This document shows positions 37,791-46,811 of a stretch of 64,000 nt of DNA, piece by piece. This stretch comes from an uncultured Actinomycetes bacterium. Its GTDB lineage: Bacteria; Actinomycetota; Thermoleophilia; UBA2241. Below the pieces are notes generated by a model that was not told the origin of the DNA, searched no databases, and worked only from the letters and a program-made list of their open reading frames with translations. The translations under genes and the position numbers were made by a program. Location of the stretch: the NCBI GenBank assembly GCA_963709345.1, contig CAVPVX010000010.1, positions 96,001 to 160,000 of the forward strand, given 5' to 3'. The first letter of the stretch is position 1. Every line of letters begins with the position of its first letter.

Positions 37791-38126
37791 GCTGCATCCA
37801 AGCAGCGTTGTCCCCCAAGGACAAGGGGAAACATGCGGGCCCCACGCCAAACGGCACGACCCGCGCTCTTCCCCGGGAGAGGGCTCTCGGGGCTTGTGCG
37901 GCGCCCGTGCACGACCGCTGCGCGTAGCCGGTCGTTACCGGCTTTGAACGGCGATCGCGCACGCATGCCGCGTGCGGCCATCTTCGGCCGCGTTCCGTAT
38001 CGTTGTCTTCCGTACTCATTCAGCATGCGCTCGGTGTCGGCAGGGGATAGATCCGCCACCGGGCGGACGAGGGGGAGATCGTGATGCAAACAGGGTGCCA
38101 TGGGATAATCGAAGGGGGTTTGACCA

Positions 38127-39653
38127 GTGGATAAGTTCGAAATCGGCCTTTTCCTGCTCATCGCTTTTTTCGCCATAGTCGGTATGTCCACGTATTTCCT
38201 CGTACGTAAGAGCGGTAAGCGCTTCATCATCGCCGGCAAGTCGCTGCCATTCTTCATCATCGGAACGATGCTGTTCGCCCAGGCGCTGGATGCCAACGCC
38301 ACGCTGGGGAACACTGGTGCCGCCTACGGCAGTGGCTTCTGGTGGGGGTTCCAGTTCCCGCTGGGCCTGGCCCTCTGCCTGTTCATCACCGGTATCTGGT
38401 TCGCCAAGCCGCTGAACCGGATGAACCTCATGACGCTGCCCGACTATTACTACCGGCGCTACGGCAGCGCGACAGAGGTCATCGTCTCCGTGCTGATGGC
38501 CGTGAGCTTCATCATCCTCGTGGCCGGTAACCTGGCGGGCTGTGCCTGGATCATCCACATCATCTTCGGCGTAGGCTACGTCCCGTCACTCATCATCATC
38601 AGCCTGATCATCATGGCCTACACCGTCAGCGGCGGGCTCTTCTCGTGCGCCGCGACCGACATCGTGCAGCTGTATCCGGCGTTCATCGCCTTCGTGGTGG
38701 GGACGATCTGGCTGGTCGTCGACGGCGGTGGCTGGTCCGAGTACGCCGCCGTGATCCCGGACGGGTACTTCAGCATGGCCGGCCTGACGTCGTTCGACGA
38801 CGGCGCGCTTGTCGTCTGGGCCGGCATCCTGGCGCTGGCGATCGGCGATATCGTCGCACTGGACTTCATGGAGCGCATCTTCTCCGCCAAGAGCCCGGAA
38901 ACGGCGCGGAGAGGCTGCTTCTTTGCCGGCGTCATGACGCTCGTCGTCGGCTTCTGCGCTTCTCTCATGGGCCTGATGGCGTTCAAGCTGATCCCCGGCG
39001 GCGTGGACGACCCGCGGTCGGTAATCATCACTATTGCGACCGCATCGTTGCCGTTCCTCCTGGGCCTCTTCGTTCTCGGCGGCATCCTCGGCGCCGGCTT
39101 GTCCACCGCCAACGGTGGCTCTCTCGGAATCTCCGCCGTCTTCGCCCGGAACATCATGCAGAGGAACATCTTCCTGCCGAGGATCCGCAGGCAGGCCAAG
39201 GCCGAGGGCAAGGACTTCCTGGAGGTCATGGAGTCGACCGACTGGCACAAGGCAGACCAGAAGCTGCTGTGGTACGCGCGACTCATGCTCATCCCCACGT
39301 TCGCGGCGGCCATCACGCTCGCCTACTATCGGCCTGAGCCGGGCATGCTGCTCGTCCTCGCGTTCGACGTGGTCTTTGCCGGCTGCGTCGCGCCCCTGAT
39401 CCTGGGGATGTACTGGAAGAAGGCCAACGCGTACGGCGCCGTGACGGCCGTCATCGTCGGCAGCGTGTTGCGTCTGGTGCTCTACTACACCATTCCGGTG
39501 GAGTGGGCCGGCATCGATACCATGATCCCGCCGGTCGTTTCGGTGGTGGTCATGGTGATCGTGTCGCTGGCCACACAGACGCAGAGTCCGCCGATGCACG
39601 AAGTGAACTTCGAGACGCCCGACGAAGCCGAGGTCGCTCGAGCACTCCGCTAG
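38127..39653 (+). CDS. Sodium:solute symporter family transporter
   Basis: FIIAGKSLP, TLPDYYYRRYG, YTVSGGL..TDIVQ and RIFSAKS; about 13 TM segments. Confidence 0.9.
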   Translation: MDKFEIGLFLLIAFFAIVGMSTYFLVRKSGKRFIIAGKSLPFFIIGTMLFAQALDANATLGNTGAAYGSGFWWGFQFPLGLALCLFITGIWFAKPLNRMNLMTLPDYYYRRYGSATEVIVSVLMAVSFIILVAGNLAGCAWIIHIIFGVGYVPSLIIISLIIMAYTVSGGLFSCAATDIVQLYPAFIAFVVGTIWLVVDGGGWSEYAAVIPDGYFSMAGLTSFDDGALVVWAGILALAIGDIVALDFMERIFSAKSPETARRGCFFAGVMTLVVGFCASLMGLMAFKLIPGGVDDPRSVIITIATASLPFLLGLFVLGGILGAGLSTANGGSLGISAVFARNIMQRNIFLPRIRRQAKAEGKDFLEVMESTDWHKADQKLLWYARLMLIPTFAAAITLAYYRPEPGMLLVLAFDVVFAGCVAPLILGMYWKKANAYGAVTAVIVGSVLRLVLYYTIPVEWAGIDTMIPPVVSVVVMVIVSLATQTQSPPMHEVNFETPDEAEVARALR

Positions 39654-39668
39654 ACGCGTCTTGCTTGT

Positions 39669-39706
39669 GGGGCGGGGCGATCCTGCGGGATCGCCTCGCC
39701 CCTTTT
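39669..39706 (+). terminator. Rho-independent terminator
   Basis: ggggcggggcgatcc ... ggatcgcctcgcccc followed by tttt. Confidence 0.7.
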
Positions 39707-39952
39707 CGCGTACGCCCGGCGTCGTCTGAGGACGCTCTGTTCGCGCTCTCCGCATCATCGAGCGCTTCGACAGCCTGCAAGACGCGACTTGGCTGCCGCC
39801 CGGCGCTGGCAGGGTCGCACACTCCACCGCCCCCTCGTCGGTCGTCTGACGTTCACCGGCACGCGTCAATCCGGTAGACTGCGCGCAACTCCCGGTGACT
39901 TGGCTTCGCACCCGCGGATGCCGCGCCCGGCCGCTTCAAGGAGACCACCTCG

Positions 39953-41317
39953 ATGGCAGCCAACCTCATCGACGACAGTCACCTCGTCAAGACGCGCGAG
40001 ATGTTCGCCAAGTGCCAGCAGGTCGTCTCCGGCGGCGAATCCAGCTACGCGCGCCTCATCGGTACGCGCCCGATCGTCATGGAGCGCGGCGAGGGCGCCT
40101 ACTTCTTCGACGTGGACGGCAACGCCTACATCGACTGGTGCATCGGCTACGGCCCCATGATCTTCGGCCACCGCCCCAAGCCGATCCTCGACTCGATCGT
40201 CGCCCAGATCACCCAGGGCGGCATGCTCTACACCTTCCCGCACGAGCTGGACTACGAGGTCGGCCGCAAGATCATCCAGGCGGTGCCCGGCATCGACCAG
40301 GTGCGCTTCGCCAACTCCGGCAGCGAGGCGACCCAAGCGGCGATCCGCCTCGCGCGTGCCTACACGGGCAAGGACAAGATCATGAAGTGGGAGGGGAGCT
40401 ACAACGGCTTCCTCGACTGTCACGCCTACTCGCACATCACGGCGATGGGGGCGGCCGGCACCGAGCGCTTTCCGCGCGTCCAGCCGTCCTCGGCCGGCAT
40501 TCCCAAGGCACTCGACGACACGATGGTCATCGGCTGCTTCAACGATCTGGACGCCGTCGAGACGGTCATCAGGCGCAACCGCGACGAGCTGGCCTGTGTG
40601 CTCGCGGAGCCGATCCTCGCCGACGCCGGCATCATCCCGCCGGTCCCCGGCTTCCTCGAGGGCCTGCGCCGCATCTGCGACGATAACGGCGTGCTCCTCG
40701 TCTTCGACGAGATCATCACCGGCTTCCGGGTCTCGCTCGGGGGCGCCCAGGAGCTGTACGGCGTCACCCCGGACATCACCTGCGTCGCCAAGGCGGTCGG
40801 AGGCGGCACGCCCGGCGCGGCGGCCTTCGGCGGCAAGAAGGAGATCATGGCACTCGAGGCCGACGGCACCGTGCTCCACGGCGGCACCTACAGCGGCAAC
40901 CCCATGACGCTGGCCGGCATGAACGCCGCGCTCGACATCCTGATCAACGACCGCGAGCGCGTGTACGGCCACCTCAACTCGATCGCCAACGCGATGGTCC
41001 AGGGCATGCGCGGCATCTTCACCGAGAACGGCGTGCCCGCGTACATCAGCCAGGTGGGGCCGATGTGGCAGGTGTTCTTCGGCCAGGAAGGCCCGGTCAC
41101 GAAGTACCGGCAGGCCCGGGCCAGCGACACCCGGTTCTTCGGCATGCTGCAGGCCGAGTGCCAGATGCGCGGCGTGTACTTCCACAACTTCAACTTCGAG
41201 CGCTTCTTCGCGAGCACGGCGCACACCAAGGCCGAGGTCGACCGCAGCCTCGAGGTGATCGCCACGGCGACGAAGATCGTGAAGGACCGGCTCTCGAATC
41301 TGCCGGCCGGGGTCTGA
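39953..41317 (+). CDS. Class III PLP aminotransferase (glutamate-1-semialdehyde aminomutase-like)
   Basis: DVDGNAYID, RFANSGSEA, FDEIITGFR, AKAVGGG (PLP Lys) and GTYSGN. Confidence 0.88.
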   Translation: MAANLIDDSHLVKTREMFAKCQQVVSGGESSYARLIGTRPIVMERGEGAYFFDVDGNAYIDWCIGYGPMIFGHRPKPILDSIVAQITQGGMLYTFPHELDYEVGRKIIQAVPGIDQVRFANSGSEATQAAIRLARAYTGKDKIMKWEGSYNGFLDCHAYSHITAMGAAGTERFPRVQPSSAGIPKALDDTMVIGCFNDLDAVETVIRRNRDELACVLAEPILADAGIIPPVPGFLEGLRRICDDNGVLLVFDEIITGFRVSLGGAQELYGVTPDITCVAKAVGGGTPGAAAFGGKKEIMALEADGTVLHGGTYSGNPMTLAGMNAALDILINDRERVYGHLNSIANAMVQGMRGIFTENGVPAYISQVGPMWQVFFGQEGPVTKYRQARASDTRFFGMLQAECQMRGVYFHNFNFERFFASTAHTKAEVDRSLEVIATATKIVKDRLSNLPAGV

Positions 41318-41383
41318 GACGGCCTGAGCGGCCGCGACACGAGTGGCCCGGGGGCGCCCGAGCGGCGCCGGTGGAGATGATGC

Positions 41384-41426
41384 GACGGGGGCGAGGCGGC
41401 CGGAAGGGCCACCCCGCCCCCGTCGT
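41384..41426. terminator. Hairpin between the convergent aminotransferase and vapC
   Basis: gcgacgggggcg ... cgcccccgtcgt. Confidence 0.45.
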
Positions 41427-41443
41427 GCGCGTGCTGCCGGCCT

Positions 41444-41851
41444 TCAGCTCCGGGGTGCGTACCGCGTGAAGCCCTGCTCGTCGAAGTGCGGGTCGAGGCC
41501 GAGATAGCGGTCGATCTCACGGCGGCGCATCACCGCGAAGCTCACGCAGTCCACGAGACTGAGGCGACGCCGCCGTGCGGTCAGCAGCGCTTGCAGGCCG
41601 AGCGCGTGATCCGCATCGGTGACCCAGTGGATCTCGGCCATGGGGAGCATGTCGTCCATGAGTGTGCGGACCGCGTCCACGCCGAGACGCCGCTGCGTCA
41701 GGGCGGTCGTCTCGAGTACGACGTAGTTGCTGGTCACAAAGCCCTCGCCGTCGTCGATACCGCTGTCCCAAGCGGGGCGAAGGAGCTCGTGACCGACGTC
41801 GCCGATGTCGAGGAGAGCGTACAGAGCGGTGGTGTCGACGAACACAGTCAT
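41444..41851 (-). CDS. vapC: PIN-domain toxin
   Basis: VFVDTTA, VVLET, SLVDCVSF and DPHF. Confidence 0.9.
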   Translation of the reverse strand: MTVFVDTTALYALLDIGDVGHELLRPAWDSGIDDGEGFVTSNYVVLETTALTQRRLGVDAVRTLMDDMLPMAEIHWVTDADHALGLQALLTARRRRLSLVDCVSFAVMRRREIDRYLGLDPHFDEQGFTRYAPRS

Positions 41852-42099
41852 TCGTCGATGGAATCTGCGAAGTAGTCGTCGTGGCGCACGGAGACGTCGC
41901 CAAGCCCCGAGCGGAAGCGGCCGCAGGCCGCCTTGGCTCTGCGCCTGCGTTCGTCGAGGCTGACACCGGGGCGCTGCCGCAGCAAGCTCTCATCGACGGC
42001 GTTGCGCACCACAGCCGAGATCGAGACCTGACGCTCAGAGGCTTGGCGACGCAACGCCTCGACCGCGGACTCGGTGAACTGGATCTGCATGCGGATCAT
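41848..42099 (-). CDS. vapB: Ribbon-helix-helix antitoxin
   Basis: MIRMQIQF...SISAVVRNAVD...SG..DVS.RHDDY; overlaps the toxin start. Confidence 0.8.
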   Translation of the reverse strand: MIRMQIQFTESAVEALRRQASERQVSISAVVRNAVDESLLRQRPGVSLDERRRRAKAACGRFRSGLGDVSVRHDDYFADSIDE

Positions 42100-42130
42100 G
42101 GTGCGCCTCACTTCGTCACTGATGGTATCT

Positions 42131-42148
42131 ATGCCAGTATGATGGCAT
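42131..42148. promoter_or_regulatory. Putative vapBC autoregulatory operator
   Basis: ATGCCA-N6-TGGCAT palindrome just upstream of the antitoxin. Confidence 0.5.
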
Positions 42149-42189
42149 GATTCGGGACAGGCAAGGGCGCCGTGGATCAGTCCGGGTGA

Positions 42190-43566
42190 CTACTCCACGA
42201 GGATCGCGCGGAAGTCGTTGACGTTGGTGCGGGTCGGGCCGGTGACGACGAGGTCGCCGATGGCCGCGAAGAAGCCGTAGGCGTCGTTGGCGATCAGCAT
42301 CGCGACGGGGTCCGCGCCGGCGTCGCGGGCCCGGGCGAGAGTACCCGGCGTCACGATCGCCCCGGCGTTGTCTTCGCTGCCGTCGATGCCGTCGCTGTCG
42401 CAGGCGATCGCCGAGACGCCCGGGTGTCCGTCGAGCGCGAGCGCCAGGCCGAGCAGGTACTCGACATTGCGGCCACCGCGGCCGGACCCGGACACGGTGA
42501 CGGTCGTCTCGCCGCCGGAGAGCAGCACGAGCGGTCTCTGCGGGCCGGTGAGGATCGAGCCCTCGATGTGCGCGACGCCACGCGCAACCGCTTCGCGCAG
42601 CGCGACGAGCGCCGCCTCTCCGCCGCGCGCGCACGCGATCGCGAGGGCGCCGTGCGCCCCGCCGAGGTTGCGGGCCTCTCCCTCGAGGTCGCCGCCGAGA
42701 GTCACGACGTCGAGGCCGGCGGCGCGGGCGCAGCCAGCCGCCGCCTCGAGTGCGTCGTCAGCCGTCGCGAGCATCACGACCTCGTCGCCGGCGAACGCCG
42801 GATCGGCGGGCTTCGGGGTCTCGGCCACCGAGCCCGCGGCGCCGGCGCGCAGGTGCTCGCGAACCGCCGGAGGCGCGGCGACCTCGTACTTCTCCAGCAC
42901 GTCGAGGGCGGCGGCGAACGTCGTCGGATCGGGCACGGTCGGCCCGGAGGCGATCACCGAAGGGTCGTCGCCGGGCACGTCGCTGATCAGGTACGTGACG
43001 ACGCGTGCGGGGTGGGCTGCGGCGGCGAGGCGACCGCCCTTGATCGCCGAAAGGTGCTTGCGCACGCAGTTCATCTCGTCGATGGCGGCGCCGCTCCGGA
43101 GCAGGGCGGAGCTTACGGCGCGCTTGTCGTCGAGAGAGACGCCCTCGGCCGGCAGCGCCAGCAGAGCTGAGCCGCCGCCCGAGACGAGGCAGAGCAGGAG
43201 GTCGCCGGCGGAGAGGCCGCCGGCGACCTCGAGGATCGTGCCGGCCGCGGCTCGGCCGGCCGCGTCCGGCACTGGGTGCGCGGCTTCCACGACCGCGATG
43301 CGCACGCACGGTATGCCGTGGCCGTAGCGGGTGACGACGAGGCCCTCGAGAGGGCCGTCCCACTCGCGTTCGACGGCCCGCGCCATGGCGGCCGCGGCTT
43401 TGCCGGCGCCGGCGACCACCGTCCGGCCGGCAGGGATCTGCGGAAGCCGCCCGGCCAGCAGTTTGTCGGGGTCGGCCGCCGCGACCGCGGCGCCGAACAG
43501 CGAGCGTAAGAGGGCGCGCGGCGTGAGCGGGTCGCCGTTCGCCGCCGCGCGCCACCCGCCGGTCAT
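42190..43566 (-). CDS. Glycerate 2-kinase (MOFRL/TtuD type)
   Basis: GAGKAA, SGGGS, RKHLSAIKGG, SDVPGD, GGETTV, DGIDG and TGPTRTNVND. Confidence 0.92.
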   Translation of the reverse strand: MTGGWRAAANGDPLTPRALLRSLFGAAVAAADPDKLLAGRLPQIPAGRTVVAGAGKAAAAMARAVEREWDGPLEGLVVTRYGHGIPCVRIAVVEAAHPVPDAAGRAAAGTILEVAGGLSAGDLLLCLVSGGGSALLALPAEGVSLDDKRAVSSALLRSGAAIDEMNCVRKHLSAIKGGRLAAAAHPARVVTYLISDVPGDDPSVIASGPTVPDPTTFAAALDVLEKYEVAAPPAVREHLRAGAAGSVAETPKPADPAFAGDEVVMLATADDALEAAAGCARAAGLDVVTLGGDLEGEARNLGGAHGALAIACARGGEAALVALREAVARGVAHIEGSILTGPQRPLVLLSGGETTVTVSGSGRGGRNVEYLLGLALALDGHPGVSAIACDSDGIDGSEDNAGAIVTPGTLARARDAGADPVAMLIANDAYGFFAAIGDLVVTGPTRTNVNDFRAILVE

Positions 43567-43594
43567 CTGGGCACCTGGGCGCGCGGCTGTGGTG

Positions 43595-44755
43595 TCACGC
43601 CCTCCACCTCGGGAGGCCCAGTTCGTCCGCGTTGACGATGCTGGGCGCCGCTGCCGGCGGCTCGGGGTCGTCGAGGAAGGGCGCGACGTCGTCGCGCCCG
43701 GCGATCGGCGGCCACACCGGTAGACCCTGGATGACCGCCGCGGCGTTGGCCGCGGCCAACGTCGCCATGCCCTCGCGCGTCCAGGTTGTGGCCGATCCCA
43801 GATGAGGCACGATGACGACGTTGTCGAGGTCGGCGAGGCCCGGCGCCATGCTGGGCTCGTGCTCGTAGACGTCGAGGCCGGCACGGAAACACGGATGGGT
43901 GCGGCAGTGGGCGACCAGCGCGGCCTCGTCTATCAGCGGGCCGCGACTGGCGTTGACCAGCACCGCGGTCTCCTTCATCGCGGCGAGCTCGCGCGCGCCG
44001 ACCAGGTGACGTGTGCGCTCGGTGAGCGCGGCGTGGATGCTGACGACGTCCGCGGCGCCGAGAAGCTCCTCCAGGTTCCCTGCGCGTCGGCAGTGGACCG
44101 GCTGCTCGCCGCGCGCCGCAAGGAAGGCGCCGTAGTCGGCGACGTAGCGCTCGAGCTGGTCGTTGGCGCGCACGTCGTAGTAGACGACGTCCATCTTGTG
44201 ACCCTCGACCATCATGCGCGCGTACGCCTCTCCGATGCGCCCGGCGCCGACGACGCCGAGAGTGCCGCCGTAGAGGAGCGAGCCGAGCAGCATGCGCGGC
44301 AGCCAGCCGTGGTACTTGCAGGCGCGCATCAGGCGATCGCCCTCGACGACGCGCCTCGCGGCGGCGAAGGTGAGGGCGACCGCAAGCTCGGCCGTGGTCT
44401 CGGTGAGGACGCCGGGGGTGTTGCCGACCGGCAGGCCGCAGCTCGTCGCCGCGGCAACGTCGACGTTGTCGTAGCCGACCGCGAACTGGCTGTAGATCGC
44501 GGCTCCGGCGGTCTTGAGGCTTTCGAGGAGCGGGGCGGACCAGGCCTCCGTGAGCTGGCCGATGGCGGCGTCCACGTGATCGCCGAAGGCGGCGTTGAGC
44601 TCGTCCGCCCCGAGGATGTCGTCGCCCTGGGCGATCTCGACGCGGCAGTCGGCGGCGGTGAGGATCTGGAGCCAGCGGTCGCCCGGCAGCTCCTTGCTCA
44701 CCATGACTCGGCGTGATCCGCCCTTGTTCACGACTCTCCACTCGCGCCGGCTCAT
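43595..44755 (-). CDS. Hydroxypyruvate reductase / D-glycerate dehydrogenase, plant HPR1-like
   Basis: AVGYDNVD, GNTPGVLTETTAE, GAGRIG, RMMVEG, SRGP, GLDVYE.EP and PHLGSA; AGGAGG RBS. Confidence 0.9.
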   Translation of the reverse strand: MSRREWRVVNKGGSRRVMVSKELPGDRWLQILTAADCRVEIAQGDDILGADELNAAFGDHVDAAIGQLTEAWSAPLLESLKTAGAAIYSQFAVGYDNVDVAAATSCGLPVGNTPGVLTETTAELAVALTFAAARRVVEGDRLMRACKYHGWLPRMLLGSLLYGGTLGVVGAGRIGEAYARMMVEGHKMDVVYYDVRANDQLERYVADYGAFLAARGEQPVHCRRAGNLEELLGAADVVSIHAALTERTRHLVGARELAAMKETAVLVNASRGPLIDEAALVAHCRTHPCFRAGLDVYEHEPSMAPGLADLDNVVIVPHLGSATTWTREGMATLAAANAAAVIQGLPVWPPIAGRDDVAPFLDDPEPPAAAPSIVNADELGLPRWRA

Positions 44756-44819
44756 GCACACACCTCCTGGACGACGAAGGACAGGGTGATGAGACCCATC
44801 ACCCTGTCCGCGGTGGGGG

Positions 44820-44962
44820 CGACGAGCGCCCGTCGCTTCAGGGGGCCCGTAGAGTCGCGTTCCGGTGGCCTGAGAGTTTCGGCGACGCGTCCGGCGCCGT
44901 CCTTGCCCCTTCGGCGCCCGCTCGCTCCGCTGAGCGGCGGACTCTCACGCGACCTTCATCCG
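44820..44962 (-). ncRNA. Glycine riboswitch (single aptamer, possible 3' ghost aptamer)
   Basis: Minus strand reads GAUGAA-GGUCGCG-UGAGAG...CGCCGAAGGGGCAA...AAACUCUCAGGC...CGCGACU, with P1 GUCGCG/CGCGAC; lies in the 5' leader of the hpr-glycerate kinase pair. Confidence 0.85.
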
Positions 44963-45040
44963 GGCATCCTCGGTGTTGAGCGCAGAGTAGCACCCGGCGC
45001 GGGGCGTGACAACGAGATGGACCGGCGTCGTCGTCTGCCT

Positions 45041-45391
45041 TCACAGGCTCAGCACCCACCAGACCTGGTAGGTGACCACGGCGGCCAGCACGGCGGTGAG
45101 CAGAACCGCGGCGACGGTCGCCGAGCGGTGTGCTCGCAGGCGCCAGAGCAGCACCGCGCCCACCGTCACGATGCCGAGCTTGAAGGCCAGCGCCTGTGCC
45201 GTTCCGGCCCGGAGGAAGAAGTCCATGATGTCGTTCGACTCGGTGGCGAAGCCGAGCCACATCGCGTGGCGGGTCAGCGCGAGGTCGGCGACGTTGAGCA
45301 GCCATAACTGGACGAGCAGCAGCAGGAGGAACCGGTCTCGGGCGGCGCTGGGGCGGGGTCGCCCGGTGATCGCCCGGTGCTGCCAGTTCAC
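45041..45391 (-). CDS. Small membrane protein (DUF5658-like)
   Basis: LNVADLALT...G..ESN..M...K pattern; 3 TM segments. Confidence 0.65.
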   Translation of the reverse strand: MNWQHRAITGRPRPSAARDRFLLLLLVQLWLLNVADLALTRHAMWLGFATESNDIMDFFLRAGTAQALAFKLGIVTVGAVLLWRLRAHRSATVAAVLLTAVLAAVVTYQVWWVLSL

Positions 45392-46614
45392 TGCGGCAGC
45401 TCCGTGGTCTCAACCCGGACGGCGCCTGCGACGGTCGCGAGCCACGCCGCCACGCCGCCGCTCACCGCGACCTCTGTGACGGGGCCGGGGACCGCGGCGA
45501 TGGTGAAGGCGGGGCCATCGCCGAGGCGACGCCCCCGGATGCGGTAGCCGGAGGCGGCGTCGTCACGCTCTGCCCAGACGGCGGTCCGGCCGTCGAAGGC
45601 AGGACCGACGAGCCCTGCGACGCCGGCCGCCACGGGGCGCGTCGCGCCTCCGTCGACGGAGGCGGCGAGGACGCTTCCTGCTGAGTCGACGCCTGCGGCG
45701 ACCTGTCCCCACACGAGCGTGCGCGCGCCGAGGGCGAAGCCCGTCAACTCGCCGCTCTGCCCGCCGGTCGCCAAGGGCCACGCGCGCCCACCGCTCAGCT
45801 CACGAGCCGTGAAGGGCCCGCTCGGCCCGCGAGACCAGACGACCAGCCCGTCCGAGACGACCGGCGTGCCGTACTCGGGGGCGATGTCGAACGGGGCGCC
45901 CGTGATGATGCGGACGCCGCCGAGGCGCGGCTCGCCGATCTTCGCCGCCGCGCACCACACCGCGGTCTCGCCGGACACGGAGGGGTACGAGTAGACGGAG
46001 CCGATGTCGGCCACGGCCCAGCGGCGCCCGCTCGCGGTGTCGTAGACGACCACCTGAGCCGCCAGTGCGCCCGTGGTGTCGGCCTCGAACCAGACCGCGT
46101 AGCGCTCGCCGACCGCGGGCGCCCAGGTCGAGCGCATGCCCGGACCCGGCCCGAGCAGGCGGAGCCTGCCGGAGGCGAGATCGAGATACTCGATGGACGG
46201 CCCGTTCTGCCAGAGCAGCCGTGGGCCGCTCAGCGCGAGGCCGCTGAACCGGCGCCCGGGACTGCCGGTGACGCGCCAGCCGTCTGTCGTCTCGGCGACG
46301 GCCGGTGGCCGCAGTGAATACGCGCGCTCCATGCGGAACCAGGCGGTGCCCAGAACCGCGCCTGCGAGCAGGACAAGGAGGGTGATGAGGCCGGCGCGCA
46401 GCCACGACGGCCGCCGTCCCGGGCGGGCGTCGCTGCTCGCCCCGGCGGCGAGGGGCGGAGCCGGGCACTCGTCGCCGCGCGGGTCGCTCACCTGACGTCG
46501 CTCCGCGCTGCGACACTCGTTCCCGGCCGCGGCCGGGGGTCGTCGTCTGGGCACACGCTCCTGCCGGCCATTCTGCGGACTCCGTTCCGGTGCCGTCGTG
46601 GACGGTACCGACAT
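45388..46614 (-). CDS. Membrane-anchored hypothetical beta-propeller protein
   Basis: One TM helix, then repeated P.VSG..AVW blades; start uncertain. Confidence 0.6.
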   Translation of the reverse strand: MSVPSTTAPERSPQNGRQERVPRRRPPAAAGNECRSAERRQVSDPRGDECPAPPLAAGASSDARPGRRPSWLRAGLITLLVLLAGAVLGTAWFRMERAYSLRPPAVAETTDGWRVTGSPGRRFSGLALSGPRLLWQNGPSIEYLDLASGRLRLLGPGPGMRSTWAPAVGERYAVWFEADTTGALAAQVVVYDTASGRRWAVADIGSVYSYPSVSGETAVWCAAAKIGEPRLGGVRIITGAPFDIAPEYGTPVVSDGLVVWSRGPSGPFTARELSGGRAWPLATGGQSGELTGFALGARTLVWGQVAAGVDSAGSVLAASVDGGATRPVAAGVAGLVGPAFDGRTAVWAERDDAASGYRIRGRRLGDGPAFTIAAVPGPVTEVAVSGGVAAWLATVAGAVRVETTELPQ

Positions 46615-46811
46615 GATGGCACAGGGACCGGGACGACAGCATCCGGGACGCTCGCGGCCGGGCCGCGGCGCGGCTGCGCGGATCCCCCCGGTGTCGCTAT
46701 ACTACTCCGACCTGCCTACGGAGCAGACCGACAAAGGATGCAACTCTTGCTGCATAGGTCGAGGGGTTATTCGTCGCGGTCCGGTCGTCGTCCTGTGGCG
46801 GGGGAGCGGGC

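Noticed and set aside
37800-38126. Guanidine-I/II/III riboswitch upstream of the SSS transporter (contains CCCGGGAG)
   Set aside because: Other conserved elements (AAAAG before CCCGG, paired ACGR loops) could not be found by eye; an Rfam scan would be decisive
39953-41317. Gene symbol hemL
   Set aside because: GSAM-like but diverged (GESSYAR rather than GVNSPVR) and no tetrapyrrole genes nearby
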